From positions 1 to 34,028 of the IMG/VR virus record IMGVR_UViG_3300033076_000101: a DNA stretch of 34,028 nucleotides, one strand, 5' to 3'. A model generated the notes under the pieces. It searched no databases, was not told where the DNA came from, and saw only the letters and a list, made by a program, of their open reading frames with translations. Shown here in pieces: positions 1 through 9,192 of this stretch. The position numbers and the translations under genes are program-made. This DNA is from a virus. Taxonomy: Duplodnaviria; Caudoviricetes. How positions within the stretch are numbered: the stretch's first letter is position 1; each line of letters opens with the position of its first letter.

Positions 1-77
1 AGCGGTTCGAAGCATATCATCAAATTAGCCAAGAGGAATTACTTGAAATGACGGAGAAATTACTTGCTAGTTCTTAA
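1..77 (+). CDS. C-terminal part of the Ref-like HNH nuclease (continues 33827-34028)
   Basis: Base 34028 (A) plus bases 1-2 (AG) form AAG. The frame then reads RFEAYHQISQEELLEMTEKLLASS to TAA at 75-77. Confidence 0.85.
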   Translation, partial: RFEAYHQISQEELLEMTEKLLASS

Positions 78-429
78 TTTACCGCTGCCCCCTACTGTCA
101 ATACATACAGGACTATTTTCCGTAATCGCATGGGCATTAGCAAAGAGGGAAAAGCGTTCAAATTGGCAGTTCAAGACTATGTTATTGAAAACAGAGTCCC
201 AAAATTAGGTGAAAAACGGCTACAAATGCAAGTTACACTATACCCAAGGGACAAACGTAGGCAAGACATAGATAATCGAATTAAAGCCCTTTGGGATGCT
301 TTATGTGATGCAGGTGTTTATGATGATGACAGTCAAATAGACGTTTTAATAGTTCAACGAGGCGAAATCCGCAAAGGTGGCGGTTGCCTTGTAATGATAG
401 AAGAAATAGATGGTATTGATGAGACATGA
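64..429 (+). CDS. rusA: RusA-family Holliday junction resolvase
   Basis: LPLPPTVN N-terminus and catalytic motif DIDNRIKALWDAL...YDDDSQI. TTG start with GGAG at 53-56. Confidence 0.88.
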   Translation: MLVLNLPLPPTVNTYRTIFRNRMGISKEGKAFKLAVQDYVIENRVPKLGEKRLQMQVTLYPRDKRRQDIDNRIKALWDALCDAGVYDDDSQIDVLIVQRGEIRKGGGCLVMIEEIDGIDET

Positions 430-580
430 CAGTAAAGGCGTTGGAGATAGAACGCTACAAGAGTGCAGTAACTGCAAACAAAGAAAAGCTAAGGAATTTG
501 GTAGGTATATACCCTATAACCAAGGAATGAATCAAAAATGGGTATGTGGTTGTTGCTACGAAAAGAGAAATCGTAGATAA
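410..580 (+). CDS. Small zinc-finger-like protein, 56 aa (not in ORF track)
   Basis: Manual translation MVLMRHDSKGVGDRTLQECSNCKQRKAKEFGRYIPYNQGMNQKWVCGCCYEKRNRR has two CxxC pairs and fills the gap after rusA. The start could be 410 or 419. Confidence 0.65.
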   Translation: MVLMRHDSKGVGDRTLQECSNCKQRKAKEFGRYIPYNQGMNQKWVCGCCYEKRNRR

Positions 581-581
581 T
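553..581 (+). promoter_or_regulatory. Putative sigma70 promoter upstream of the late region
   Basis: TTGCTA (553-558), 17-bp spacer, GATAAT (576-581). Confidence 0.5.
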
Positions 582-605
582 GTAACGGCAACGTGAAGTG
601 ATTTA

Positions 606-634
606 TCCCCCCACTCCCTCAGGGGGACTTTTTT
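606..634 (+). terminator. Intrinsic terminator-like hairpin
   Basis: Stem TCCCCC/GGGGGA with a 10-nt loop, followed by CTTTTTT, directly before the GGAG RBS of the 644 gene. Confidence 0.6.
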
Positions 635-643
635 GGAGTTGAT

Positions 644-1003
644 ATGCACAACGAATTTGCAACTTTTATAGCAACATTGTTGCACTCAGCGACAAATGCT
701 CACTTCTTCCATTTATCTACGGATTCCTTTTCAAAGCACATGGCTTTGGGCGAATACTATGATGAAATCGTAGAGCTAACAGACGCTTTGGCAGAGTCTT
801 ATATGGGATGTTACGGTCAGATTAAGGATTTCCCTGATTTGTACCATAAGCCAAACGATATTGATAAATACATGGAAAATCTACAGCGTTTTGTATCAGA
901 TGCACGTGATGATTTACCAAGCGATTCTCAAATTCAAAATCAGGTTGACGCAATTGCAGAATTGATTGACTCAACAGTTTACAAACTAAAATTCCTTAAA
1001 TAA
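644..1003 (+). CDS. Ferritin/Dps-like four-helix-bundle protein
   Basis: HxxH...H(MAL)GEYY.....D.LAE pattern resembles Dps ferroxidase ligands. C-terminus ends YKLKFLK. GGAG RBS. Confidence 0.7.
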   Translation: MHNEFATFIATLLHSATNAHFFHLSTDSFSKHMALGEYYDEIVELTDALAESYMGCYGQIKDFPDLYHKPNDIDKYMENLQRFVSDARDDLPSDSQIQNQVDAIAELIDSTVYKLKFLK

Positions 1004-1012
1004 GAGGTCATC

Positions 1013-1198
1013 ATGCCATTGTGGAAATCAAGCAAAAAAGAAGCTGTAGGCGAAAACATTAAACGTGAAGAAGCCGCTGGCAAGCCAAAGAAGCAAGCAG
1101 TTGCTATTGCCTTAGAAACTCAGCGTCAAGCTGCACGTGGCAAGCGTAAAAAGTCATTAGAAGATGCTTACGCTAAATACATTGAAGAAAAGGCATGA
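1013..1198 (+). CDS. Small basic phage protein
   Basis: MPL...ENIKRE..AGKPKKQAVAIAL motif recurs near phage packaging genes. GAGG RBS. Confidence 0.75.
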   Translation: MPLWKSSKKEAVGENIKREEAAGKPKKQAVAIALETQRQAARGKRKKSLEDAYAKYIEEKA

Positions 1199-1461
1199 GT
1201 CGTAAAGATCAAATCCGTGCAGCAGTAGAAAAGCACGATAAACCTATTGCCAAAACTACTAAAGGCAAAGGTAGGCACTATCTTTCAGTAGAAGAAGGTG
1301 CTGGCATGACAGAAGCAGGAAGAAAAGCTTACAACGCTAAAAACAACGCAAACTTACAAGCTCCCCAAGCAAGTGGCCCAAGACACGATAGTTTCTGTGC
1401 TAGGTCTAAAGGATGGACAGGAGAACGAGGTAAGGCTGCAAGAGCAAGGTGGAAATGCTAA
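1195..1461 (+). CDS. Small basic phage protein
   Basis: SFCAR...ARARWKC motif. ATGA overlap with the upstream gene. Confidence 0.75.
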   Translation: MSRKDQIRAAVEKHDKPIAKTTKGKGRHYLSVEEGAGMTEAGRKAYNAKNNANLQAPQASGPRHDSFCARSKGWTGERGKAARARWKC

Positions 1462-1610
1462 TGAAATCAATGAAACGAGAATTTAAAGAAAAAGACGCTT
1501 TATTGCGCCCTCATAAAGAAACAACTTTAGAGAAAAACGAAAAGAAACGTATTGCTCGTAGAGAGCTTATCAATCGTGAAATGAACAAGATTGTCAAAGA
1601 TAGATTCTAA
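1461..1610 (+). CDS. Small basic hypothetical protein, 49 aa (not in ORF track)
   Basis: TAATG coupling to the previous gene. Translates as MKSMKREFKEKDALLRPHKETTLEKNEKKRIARRELINREMNKIVKDRF. Confidence 0.65.
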   Translation: MKSMKREFKEKDALLRPHKETTLEKNEKKRIARRELINREMNKIVKDRF

Positions 1611-1619
1611 TAATACAAT
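1591..1619 (+). promoter_or_regulatory. Putative sigma70 promoter for the methyltransferase/terminase genes
   Basis: TTGTCA (1591-1596), 17-bp spacer, TACAAT (1614-1619); 5/6 match in both boxes. Confidence 0.65.
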
Positions 1620-1622
1620 TAA

Positions 1623-1644
1623 GTTATCTAACTACTTGGATAAC
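1623..1644 (+). promoter_or_regulatory. RBS-covering hairpin with CUAC loop
   Basis: GTTATCTAA-CTAC-TTGGATAAC forms a 9-bp stem with one G-U pair and includes the GGA of the SD. Confidence 0.55.
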
Positions 1645-1646
1645 AA

Positions 1647-2795
1647 ATGCAAATCGAACACATTGAAGTATCAAAGCTAATTCCTTACGCTAAGAACTCA
1701 AGAACCCATGACGATGCACAGGTCGCTCAAATAGCAGCAAGCATTAAAGAATTTGGGTGGACTAATCCTATACTAGTAGACGGTGAAAAAGGCATTATTG
1801 CTGGTCATGGCCGTTTAATGGCTGCAAGAAAGCTAAAAATGGATAAAGTGCCTGTCATTGAGCTAAAAGACATGACAGAAGCACAAAAAAGAGCTTACGT
1901 TATTGCCGACAATAAACTTGCCCTAAATGCAGGGTGGGATAACGATTTCCTTACATTAGAGCTAAAAGACTTAGAAGATGAAGGCTTTGACCTAACACTT
2001 ACAGGTTTTGATGACAAAGAGCTAGATGCTTTACTAAATGTCATAGAGGGAACAGAAGGACTAACAGACGAGGATGCTGTACCTGAAGTCCCAGAAGAAC
2101 CTAAAACAAAGCTAGGCGATATTTATATTCTTGGAAATCATAGGCTTATGTGCGGTGATAGCACAAGCATTGATGCTGTAGAAAAGCTAATGGATGGTGA
2201 TAAGGCTGATATGGTCTTTACTGACCCACCTTATAATATTAACTATCAGGATATGACTGGTTCGTTTGATAAGATTAAAAACGATAAGATGTCTGACGAA
2301 GATTTCTTAGACTTTTTGATGCAAACAATTATGCCTTGCGAAACTATGTATGTGTGTTGTTCTTGGCAATATGCTCATATATTTAAGCAAGCTATGACTA
2401 ATTTAGGATACCCACCTAAAGCAATGATTGTTTGGAATAAAGTAAACCCAGCTCAAAACTTAGATAAATACTTCAAACAGCACGAAATTATTTGGTATTA
2501 CGGAGAGTTTGGTGGTCACCCAACATTGAGAGGTGATATTTGGGAAATCAAAAGACAAAGAAATACTGTTCATCCAACTATGAAACCAGTTGAGTTGATA
2601 GATATAGCTATGGAAGATCAGCCAAATAAACGAATTATTTACGATGCTTTTGGTGGTTCAGGCTCTACTTTAATATCTGCAGAAAAGAATGGTCGTAAAG
2701 CAAGACTTATGGAATTAGACCCTAAATACTGTGATGTCATAGTAAAGCGTTGGGAAGATTTTACAGGCAAAAAAGCCGTACTTTCGGAGTTATAA
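1647..2795 (+). CDS. ParB/Srx N-terminal domain fused to an amino-DNA methyltransferase (probably N6-adenine)
   Basis: N-terminal NSRTH...IIAGHGRL...IADNK. C-terminal DPPY (motif IV), HPTMKP and DAFGGSGST (motif I), in beta-class order. Confidence 0.92.
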   Translation: MQIEHIEVSKLIPYAKNSRTHDDAQVAQIAASIKEFGWTNPILVDGEKGIIAGHGRLMAARKLKMDKVPVIELKDMTEAQKRAYVIADNKLALNAGWDNDFLTLELKDLEDEGFDLTLTGFDDKELDALLNVIEGTEGLTDEDAVPEVPEEPKTKLGDIYILGNHRLMCGDSTSIDAVEKLMDGDKADMVFTDPPYNINYQDMTGSFDKIKNDKMSDEDFLDFLMQTIMPCETMYVCCSWQYAHIFKQAMTNLGYPPKAMIVWNKVNPAQNLDKYFKQHEIIWYYGEFGGHPTLRGDIWEIKRQRNTVHPTMKPVELIDIAMEDQPNKRIIYDAFGGSGSTLISAEKNGRKARLMELDPKYCDVIVKRWEDFTGKKAVLSEL

Positions 2796-3131
2796 ATGGC
2801 TCAAGGTAAAAAACACGAACCTACTCAACAGGATAGAGACACAGCCAAGCGTTTATCAGCACTTGGTTGCCCTCATGAAGATATAGCTAAACGTCTTAAA
2901 ATCAGCGCAGATACGTTGGTTAAGTATTATCAAGATGAGCTAGACGAAGGGCGTATTGACGCTAACTCAGCTATTGCAGGCACATTGTTTCAACAGGCTA
3001 AGAAGGGCAATACCGCTGCTGCTATTTTTTGGTTAAAAACTAGGGCTAGATGGAAGGAAACAAGCACCCATGAGCTAACTGGTGCAAATAGTGGCCCAAT
3101 ACAGATTTCATGGGCTGATGAGGAAAATTAA
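2796..3131 (+). CDS. terS: Terminase small subunit (HTH)
   Basis: HTH-like IAKRLKISADTLVKYY and AAAIFWLK motif. Lies immediately upstream of TerL. Confidence 0.75.
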   Translation: MAQGKKHEPTQQDRDTAKRLSALGCPHEDIAKRLKISADTLVKYYQDELDEGRIDANSAIAGTLFQQAKKGNTAAAIFWLKTRARWKETSTHELTGANSGPIQISWADEEN

Positions 3132-4458
3132 GCTTAATTACCGCCCTAGACAGGCTTTTTCTGATTTCCATAAAAGACAAGAGCGTTGGGCAGTATTAGT
3201 AGCGCATAGACGTGCTGGCAAAACAGTAGCTTGTATTAACGATCTCATAGTCAGAGCTTTGACCGAGGGAAAGCCTAATGCTCGCTACGCTTATTTAGCT
3301 CCATATCACAGTCAGGCTAAATCTATTGCCTGGGAATATTTATTGAGGTTTTCTGAGCCTGTAAGGGTAAACGCTAATCAATCTGAATTATGGGTAGAGC
3401 TAATTAATGGCTCAAGAATTAGGCTTTTTGGTGCTGATAACCCTGATAATTTGCGTGGTTTATACTTAGATGGCGTAATCCTAGACGAATATGCCGACAT
3501 GAAACCTTCTATTTGGGGTGCTGTTATACGGCCACTTTTATCTGATAGAAAAGGCTGGGCTGTATTTATTGGAACGCCTAAAGGCCACAACTCGTTTTAT
3601 GAGATATATAACAACGCCACAAAAACAGATAATTGGTTTGTCAGAACGCTAAGAGCTAGTCATACCAAGCTTTTAGATGATGACGAGCTTAAAGACGCTT
3701 TTGCTTCTATGTCTGAGGATCAATACCTACAAGAGTTTGAATGTAGCTTTGAAGCTGCCATCATTGGTGCTTACTACGGTAAAGAGATGCGAGTCATTAC
3801 CGACCAAGGCAGAATTACTAAAGTTGAGCATGACCCGATATTCCCTGTATACACAGCATGGGACTTGGGCTACTCAGACGATACGGCTATTTGGTGGTTT
3901 CAGGTAGTGCGTGGTGAGCTAAGAATATTGGATTATCACAGTTCAAATGGTCAGCCTGTTGGTTACTACACAGGACTGATTCAATCTAAAGAACATGAGT
4001 ACGGATACGTTTACAGAACTCATTGGTTGCCACATGACGCTAGAGCAAAAACATTAGCAAGTGGCGGAAAATCAATTATTGAGCAAATTTCTAACAAAAT
4101 TCCATTAGAATCGCTTAAAATTGTTCCAAGTTTGTCATTACAAGATGGGATTCAAGCTTCACGTCTTGCACTAATGAGAGCGTGGTTCGATGCAGAAAAG
4201 TGTGAAGATGGCATAGAATGTTTGCGTCAGTATCAGCGTGAGTTTGATGAAGATAAAAAAGTGTTTAGGGACAAGCCAAGACACGATTGGACATCACACG
4301 GTGCAGATGCTTTCAGGATGCTAGCAATCGCATGGAGCGAAGAACACAAAGAAGTTGCCAGAGATAAACCTATTACTGGTCTTCATGTAGGTCAAACAGA
4401 CGTAACTTTGAATGAAATGTGGCAACAAGTGCCTAAACGGACAAACGGTAGGATATAA
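3118..4458 (+). CDS. terL: Terminase large subunit
   Basis: Walker A HRRAGKT, Walker B VILDEY, coupling motif GTP, nuclease motifs WDLG and HGADA. Start set at ATG 3118 rather than GTG 3082. Confidence 0.95.
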   Translation: MRKIKLNYRPRQAFSDFHKRQERWAVLVAHRRAGKTVACINDLIVRALTEGKPNARYAYLAPYHSQAKSIAWEYLLRFSEPVRVNANQSELWVELINGSRIRLFGADNPDNLRGLYLDGVILDEYADMKPSIWGAVIRPLLSDRKGWAVFIGTPKGHNSFYEIYNNATKTDNWFVRTLRASHTKLLDDDELKDAFASMSEDQYLQEFECSFEAAIIGAYYGKEMRVITDQGRITKVEHDPIFPVYTAWDLGYSDDTAIWWFQVVRGELRILDYHSSNGQPVGYYTGLIQSKEHEYGYVYRTHWLPHDARAKTLASGGKSIIEQISNKIPLESLKIVPSLSLQDGIQASRLALMRAWFDAEKCEDGIECLRQYQREFDEDKKVFRDKPRHDWTSHGADAFRMLAIAWSEEHKEVARDKPITGLHVGQTDVTLNEMWQQVPKRTNGRI

Positions 4459-4460
4459 AT

Positions 4461-6749
4461 ATGGCTGACTCTATTCACACGTATGAGAATTGGTATAACA
4501 AGATAGCCCAATACGATAGAGCTTTTAAAAAGTGGGAAGCTCGATCAGAACGGATTGTTAAGAAATATCGTGACGATGACCGTAGGCAAAACAATCCTAA
4601 TGCCCGATTCAATATTATGTGGTCGAATGTTCAGACCATTACTCCAGCTATCTTTGCAAGACTTCCAAGACCAGACGTAAGCCGTAGATTCCGTGATAAC
4701 GACCCAGTTGGTCGTGTAGCTTCTATGATGCTTGAACGTGCTTTGGAATATGAACTAGAGCATTACACAGATTACAAGTCATCTATGCAAGCATCTGTAT
4801 TTGACCGTCTTATGGGGGGTCGTGGTACAGCTTGGGTTCGTTATGAGCCACATATTGCTGCAAGACCAGGCGTTCCTGAAGATGGCTTGATGGTTACAGA
4901 AGATGTAGACGATTACGATGAGAGTCAGTCTGCACAAGAAATGAACATGATTGAGGAGATTGAGTACGAGTGCGCTCCTGTCGATTACGTTCATTGGAGA
5001 GATTTTGGTCATTCATACGCTAGAACATGGGAAGAAGTAACTGCTGTATGGCGTAAGGTTTATATGAACCGTAATGCCTTGGTTGAGCGTTTTGGTGAAG
5101 AAGTTGGCTACATGATTCCATTGGATTCTAAGCCTGACCAAAACACCAAAGACTATGAAAAGGCAATGTACGAATCTCAGCAAGCTTGTATCTACGAGAT
5201 TTGGGATAAAGAAACAGAAAAAGTTATTTGGTTGTCTAAATCATTAGGCAAAATCCTTGATGAGCAAGATGACCCATTGGAATTAGAGGGATTCTTCCCT
5301 TGTCCTAAGCCTTTGTATTCAACATTGACTACAGACAGCCTAGAGCCTATTCCTGACTTCACAATGTACCAAGACCAAGCTCGTGAGCTTGACACATTGG
5401 CAGACCGTATTGAAGGCTTGATTAACGCCCTTAAAGTTCGTGGTGTTTATGACGCTTCTAACTCAGAATTACAGCGCTTATTCTCTGAAGGCGAAAACAA
5501 TACGCTTATCCCTGTTAAGAATTGGCAAGCTTTTGCTGAGAAACAAGGTATGCGTGGCGCTATTGACCTAGTAGACATTGCTCCATTTGCCGTAGCTTTA
5601 CAACAATGCTATGCAGCTATGGATCAAGTGAAGGGTCAAATTTATGAAATTATGGGTATTGCTGATATTCAGCGTGGCCAAACAGACCCGAATGAAACAT
5701 TAGGCGCACAAATCATCAAGTCAAACAACGCTGCTGGTCGATTAAAGACTATGCAACACAACGTTGTAGACTTTGCTACTAAGTTATTGCAATTCAAGGC
5801 TCAGATTATCTGCAAACACTTCACGCCTGAATCTATTGTGAAGATGGCTGCTGCTGACCAGATGTCTGACCAAGATAAGATGTTGATTCCTCAAGCGCTT
5901 CAGATGCTGAAAGACCCGAATGTGGGTAATTTCCGTGTTGAAGTGACAACAGACTCAATGATTTTTCAAGACGAGCAGCAAGAAAAGGCTGACCGTATCG
6001 AATTTGTGAAGATGGCAGGCAATTTCTTCCAAAGCATCATTCCTGTAGGCCAACAAGCACCTGAATTAGTGCCAATTGCTATGGAAATGTTGAAGTTTGC
6101 TACAACAGCGTTCAAAGCTGGTAAGCAAATGGAAGGTTTGATTGACGAAACTGCTGATAAGTTGAAAGAAATGGCTCAACAACCTAAGCCACCACAACCA
6201 AATCCTGAGTTATTGAAGATTCAAGCTCAAGCTCAGGCTCGTCAAGCTGAAATCCAAATGCAAGCTCAAATTGAGCAACAAAAAATGCAAATGGAAATGG
6301 AAGCTGAAGCTAATAAGCAAGAGATGCAAGCTCGTGAGAACCAATATCGCAATCAGTTGGAGCATGAACGTGCTATGGCTGATAAAGAAGCTGAGTTGGA
6401 ATTGGAAAGAGCTAAGATTGAAGCCGCTAAGTCTAAAGATTTGCTATTGGCATACGTGGATAATGCGACTAAAATTGAAACAGCTCGAATTTCACAAGGT
6501 TTAACGGATGGATCAGAAGCTTATTACGAAGCAATGTCTACCGCTAAAATCTTACAAGACACTACAGGATACCCAGATATGGCAACACATCCTTTAACAC
6601 CTGCGTTTGATAACATGGCTATGAGCAATCAACAGACTCAAGAGATGTTGGCTCAGTTAATGCAACAGTTACAAGCAATGCATGAGCATCAGACTAGACC
6701 AAAAGAAGTTGTTCGTGATGAAAACGGAAGAATTGTAGGAGTTAGATAA
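4461..6749 (+). CDS. Portal protein (P22-like, with a Gln-rich C-terminal coiled coil)
   Basis: 762 aa, directly after TerL, with a long helical Q/E/M-rich C-terminus. Confidence 0.88.
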   Translation: MADSIHTYENWYNKIAQYDRAFKKWEARSERIVKKYRDDDRRQNNPNARFNIMWSNVQTITPAIFARLPRPDVSRRFRDNDPVGRVASMMLERALEYELEHYTDYKSSMQASVFDRLMGGRGTAWVRYEPHIAARPGVPEDGLMVTEDVDDYDESQSAQEMNMIEEIEYECAPVDYVHWRDFGHSYARTWEEVTAVWRKVYMNRNALVERFGEEVGYMIPLDSKPDQNTKDYEKAMYESQQACIYEIWDKETEKVIWLSKSLGKILDEQDDPLELEGFFPCPKPLYSTLTTDSLEPIPDFTMYQDQARELDTLADRIEGLINALKVRGVYDASNSELQRLFSEGENNTLIPVKNWQAFAEKQGMRGAIDLVDIAPFAVALQQCYAAMDQVKGQIYEIMGIADIQRGQTDPNETLGAQIIKSNNAAGRLKTMQHNVVDFATKLLQFKAQIICKHFTPESIVKMAAADQMSDQDKMLIPQALQMLKDPNVGNFRVEVTTDSMIFQDEQQEKADRIEFVKMAGNFFQSIIPVGQQAPELVPIAMEMLKFATTAFKAGKQMEGLIDETADKLKEMAQQPKPPQPNPELLKIQAQAQARQAEIQMQAQIEQQKMQMEMEAEANKQEMQARENQYRNQLEHERAMADKEAELELERAKIEAAKSKDLLLAYVDNATKIETARISQGLTDGSEAYYEAMSTAKILQDTTGYPDMATHPLTPAFDNMAMSNQQTQEMLAQLMQQLQAMHEHQTRPKEVVRDENGRIVGVR

Positions 6750-7153
6750 TGGCGAGCAACTTAAAGTATTCAAACGGAACACGTGATGCCCAGCAACAAG
6801 GGCTTATCACTTATGCAGGTTCAGGCGCAAAGATTCATATTTATGATGGCAGTCAGCCTGCTAACGCCAATACGGCTATTTCTACGCAGACTCTACTAGC
6901 TACTTTAGACGTTTCAGGTAGCTTTGGTACGGATTCAAACGGTACGATTACTGTTAGCTCAATCGGTAATACAACTGCAGTTGCAACAGGAACTGCAAGC
7001 TTTTTCCGTATCACTAAGTCTGACGGCACAACTGTAGTAATGGATGGTTCAGTAGGCACATCAAACGCAGACATGATATTCAATACAGTTTCATTTGTGA
7101 CTGGCGATATTGTGGCTATTTCTTCAGGTACTATTATTAGGAATAACGGATAA
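6749..7153 (+). CDS. Virion structural protein (beta-rich)
   Basis: Gly/Thr/Ser-rich, A..TGTASFFRI motif, TAATG coupling to portal. Confidence 0.65.
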   Translation: MASNLKYSNGTRDAQQQGLITYAGSGAKIHIYDGSQPANANTAISTQTLLATLDVSGSFGTDSNGTITVSSIGNTTAVATGTASFFRITKSDGTTVVMDGSVGTSNADMIFNTVSFVTGDIVAISSGTIIRNNG

Positions 7154-8553
7154 TGGCTATCACCGTCAAACACAGTAAAACTAGCACCATTCCTGATGGC
7201 GCAGATACCGATTTAATCCGCCCATCGGATTGGAACGCTGACCACACTCTTACTGGTCTTGGCACGATGGCCGAGCAAAACGCTAGTTCCGTAGCGATTA
7301 CAGGCGGTTCAGTTAATGGCACAAGCCTAGGCGCTACAACAGCTGCTTCAGCTAAAGTTACAACACTAGACATTGGTTCAGGATTAACCCTAGCTACTGA
7401 TGCGGGTACAGCAGGTCAAGTTCTTACATCTGCAGGCCCAGGCGCAGTTCCAACATGGACTACAAACGGTGCAGGTGATGTAGTAGGCCCAGCTAGTTCA
7501 ACAGACAATGCGATTGCTCGTTTTGATAGTACGACAGGTAAGTTGATACAAAACTCTGCTGTAACGATTGACGATGCAGGCAACATTATCAGCCCTGATT
7601 CAGTTCAATTTTCAGGCACTCCACCTGTTACACAACCTATTGGTACGCTATGGTTTGATAGTTCTACGGATACGTTAAACCTACAACAAAACGCTATTAC
7701 TCAGCAAATTGGCGAAGAAATCTATGTTTACGGTAAGGCATCTAACACGATTTCAGGTCAAACTCTTTTACAAGCTATTGTTAAAACAGGCTCAGTAGGC
7801 GCAAGCGGAGTTATTCAATTTGGTGTAGCAGGTTCAGGCGTTACAGATGCAGGCTCTTTTATTGGCGTAGCCACAGAAGATATTGCAACTAATGGCTTTG
7901 GTCGTATTACTGCATTTGGCGTTGTTCATAGTGTTAATACTACAGGCTCAACTTATGGTGAAACTTGGGCTGATGGCGATGACATTTGGTACAACCCAAC
8001 GACAGGTGGCTTAACTAAAACTAAGCCTTCTGCGCCTAACATTAAAGTTCAGATAGGTACAGTTATCCATGCTGGCTCAGGTGGTTCAGGGTCATTCCAA
8101 GTATTGTTAAATACAGGTTCATCATTAGGCGGTACTGACGATAACGTTCAGCTTTCAAGCCCTACTGGCGGTCAGTTATTGACTTATAGCTCTGCTGATT
8201 CTTATTGGAAAAACACTAGTTTAGCTTCAGGCACAGGCATTTCTGTAGGTGCAGCTACAAATGGCGTTATTACTGTAACAAACTCAGCGCCTGACCAAAC
8301 TGTAGTTTTAACTGCTGGAACGGGTATTTCTACTAGCGGAACATATCCTAACTTTACAGTAACTAATACTGCCCCTGACCAAACAGTAGCGTTTACAAAT
8401 GGAACAGGAATATCTGTAACAGGAACATATCCAAACTTTACAGTAGCCGTAGTAAATGGAGTATATACAACAGGAAGTTATGCCGATCCTACTTGGATAA
8501 CTAGCCTTGCTGGTAGTAAAATAAGCGGAACACTTGATGGTGGTACTTTCTAA
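7153..8553 (+). CDS. Fibre protein
   Basis: Gly/Thr/Ser-rich, with AGQVLTS and DNAIARFD fibre motifs, internal repeats and a C-terminal DGGTF. Confidence 0.75.
   Translation: MAITVKHSKTSTIPDGADTDLIRPSDWNADHTLTGLGTMAEQNASSVAITGGSVNGTSLGATTAASAKVTTLDIGSGLTLATDAGTAGQVLTSAGPGAVPTWTTNGAGDVVGPASSTDNAIARFDSTTGKLIQNSAVTIDDAGNIISPDSVQFSGTPPVTQPIGTLWFDSSTDTLNLQQNAITQQIGEEIYVYGKASNTISGQTLLQAIVKTGSVGASGVIQFGVAGSGVTDAGSFIGVATEDIATNGFGRITAFGVVHSVNTTGSTYGETWADGDDIWYNPTTGGLTKTKPSAPNIKVQIGTVIHAGSGGSGSFQVLLNTGSSLGGTDDNVQLSSPTGGQLLTYSSADSYWKNTSLASGTGISVGAATNGVITVTNSAPDQTVVLTAGTGISTSGTYPNFTVTNTAPDQTVAFTNGTGISVTGTYPNFTVAVVNGVYTTGSYADPTWITSLAGSKISGTLDGGTF
8278..8445 (+). repeat. Tandem 84-bp (28-aa) repeat in the fibre gene
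   Basis: TNSAPDQTVVLTAGTGISTSGTYPNFTV followed by TNTAPDQTVAFTNGTGISVTGTYPNFTV. Confidence 0.9.
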
Positions 8554-8563
8554 GGAATAAATT

Positions 8564-9184
8564 ATGGCAACAATTATTAAGACAAAAAACAGCGTAACAG
8601 CATCGTCTACACCATCAAGCTTGGTTCAAGGCGAATTGGCAGTTAATATTACTGACAAAAAGATGTGGATTGGTAACGCTGCATCTAGCCCTGTTCTATT
8701 GGTAGATACAGGCGCTGCAATTAGCACATCTTCTGACAACACATGGACTGGCACACAGACTTTTGCAGGTACAACTGCTAAGCTAGGTGCGGTAACAACA
8801 AACATTGGTGAAGTAGCCACAGTTTCAGCAACTGCTGCAACAGGCACAATCAACTATGACGTAACAACTCAGTCAGTTCTTTACTACACAAGCAATGCTT
8901 CAGCTAACTGGACAGTAAACTTCCGTGCATCTAGCGGTACTAGCTTAAACACAGCTATGGCTACAGGTCAGTCAGTTACAGTAGCTTTCCTAGTAACTCA
9001 GGGATCAACAGCTTATTACAACAGCGCTGTAACTATTGACGGCACAAGCGTAACTCCTAAATACCAAGGCGGTACAGCATGGGCTGCTGGTAATGCTTCA
9101 TCTATTGATGCTTACGTTTACACCATTATTAAGACAGGTTCTGCTACGTTTACAGTATTAGCGTCACAAACTAAGTTCGCTTAA
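8564..9184 (+). CDS. Fibre-associated protein with an Mtd/hyaluronidase-like N-terminal domain
   Basis: N-terminal L..GELAVN.TDKK..IG motif and a beta-rich C-terminal domain. AAGGA RBS. Confidence 0.7.
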   Translation: MATIIKTKNSVTASSTPSSLVQGELAVNITDKKMWIGNAASSPVLLVDTGAAISTSSDNTWTGTQTFAGTTAKLGAVTTNIGEVATVSATAATGTINYDVTTQSVLYYTSNASANWTVNFRASSGTSLNTAMATGQSVTVAFLVTQGSTAYYNSAVTIDGTSVTPKYQGGTAWAAGNASSIDAYVYTIIKTGSATFTVLASQTKFA

Positions 9185-9192
9185 GGATAACT

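Noticed and set aside
455-685. Minus-strand 76-aa ORF
   Set aside because: It is antisense to a better plus-strand Zn-finger ORF and to the ferritin-like gene, and has no motif or RBS.
1647-2040. ParB domain as evidence of a plasmid-prophage partition system
   Set aside because: There is no ParA or parS array. ParB-MTase fusions next to terminases are common in phages.
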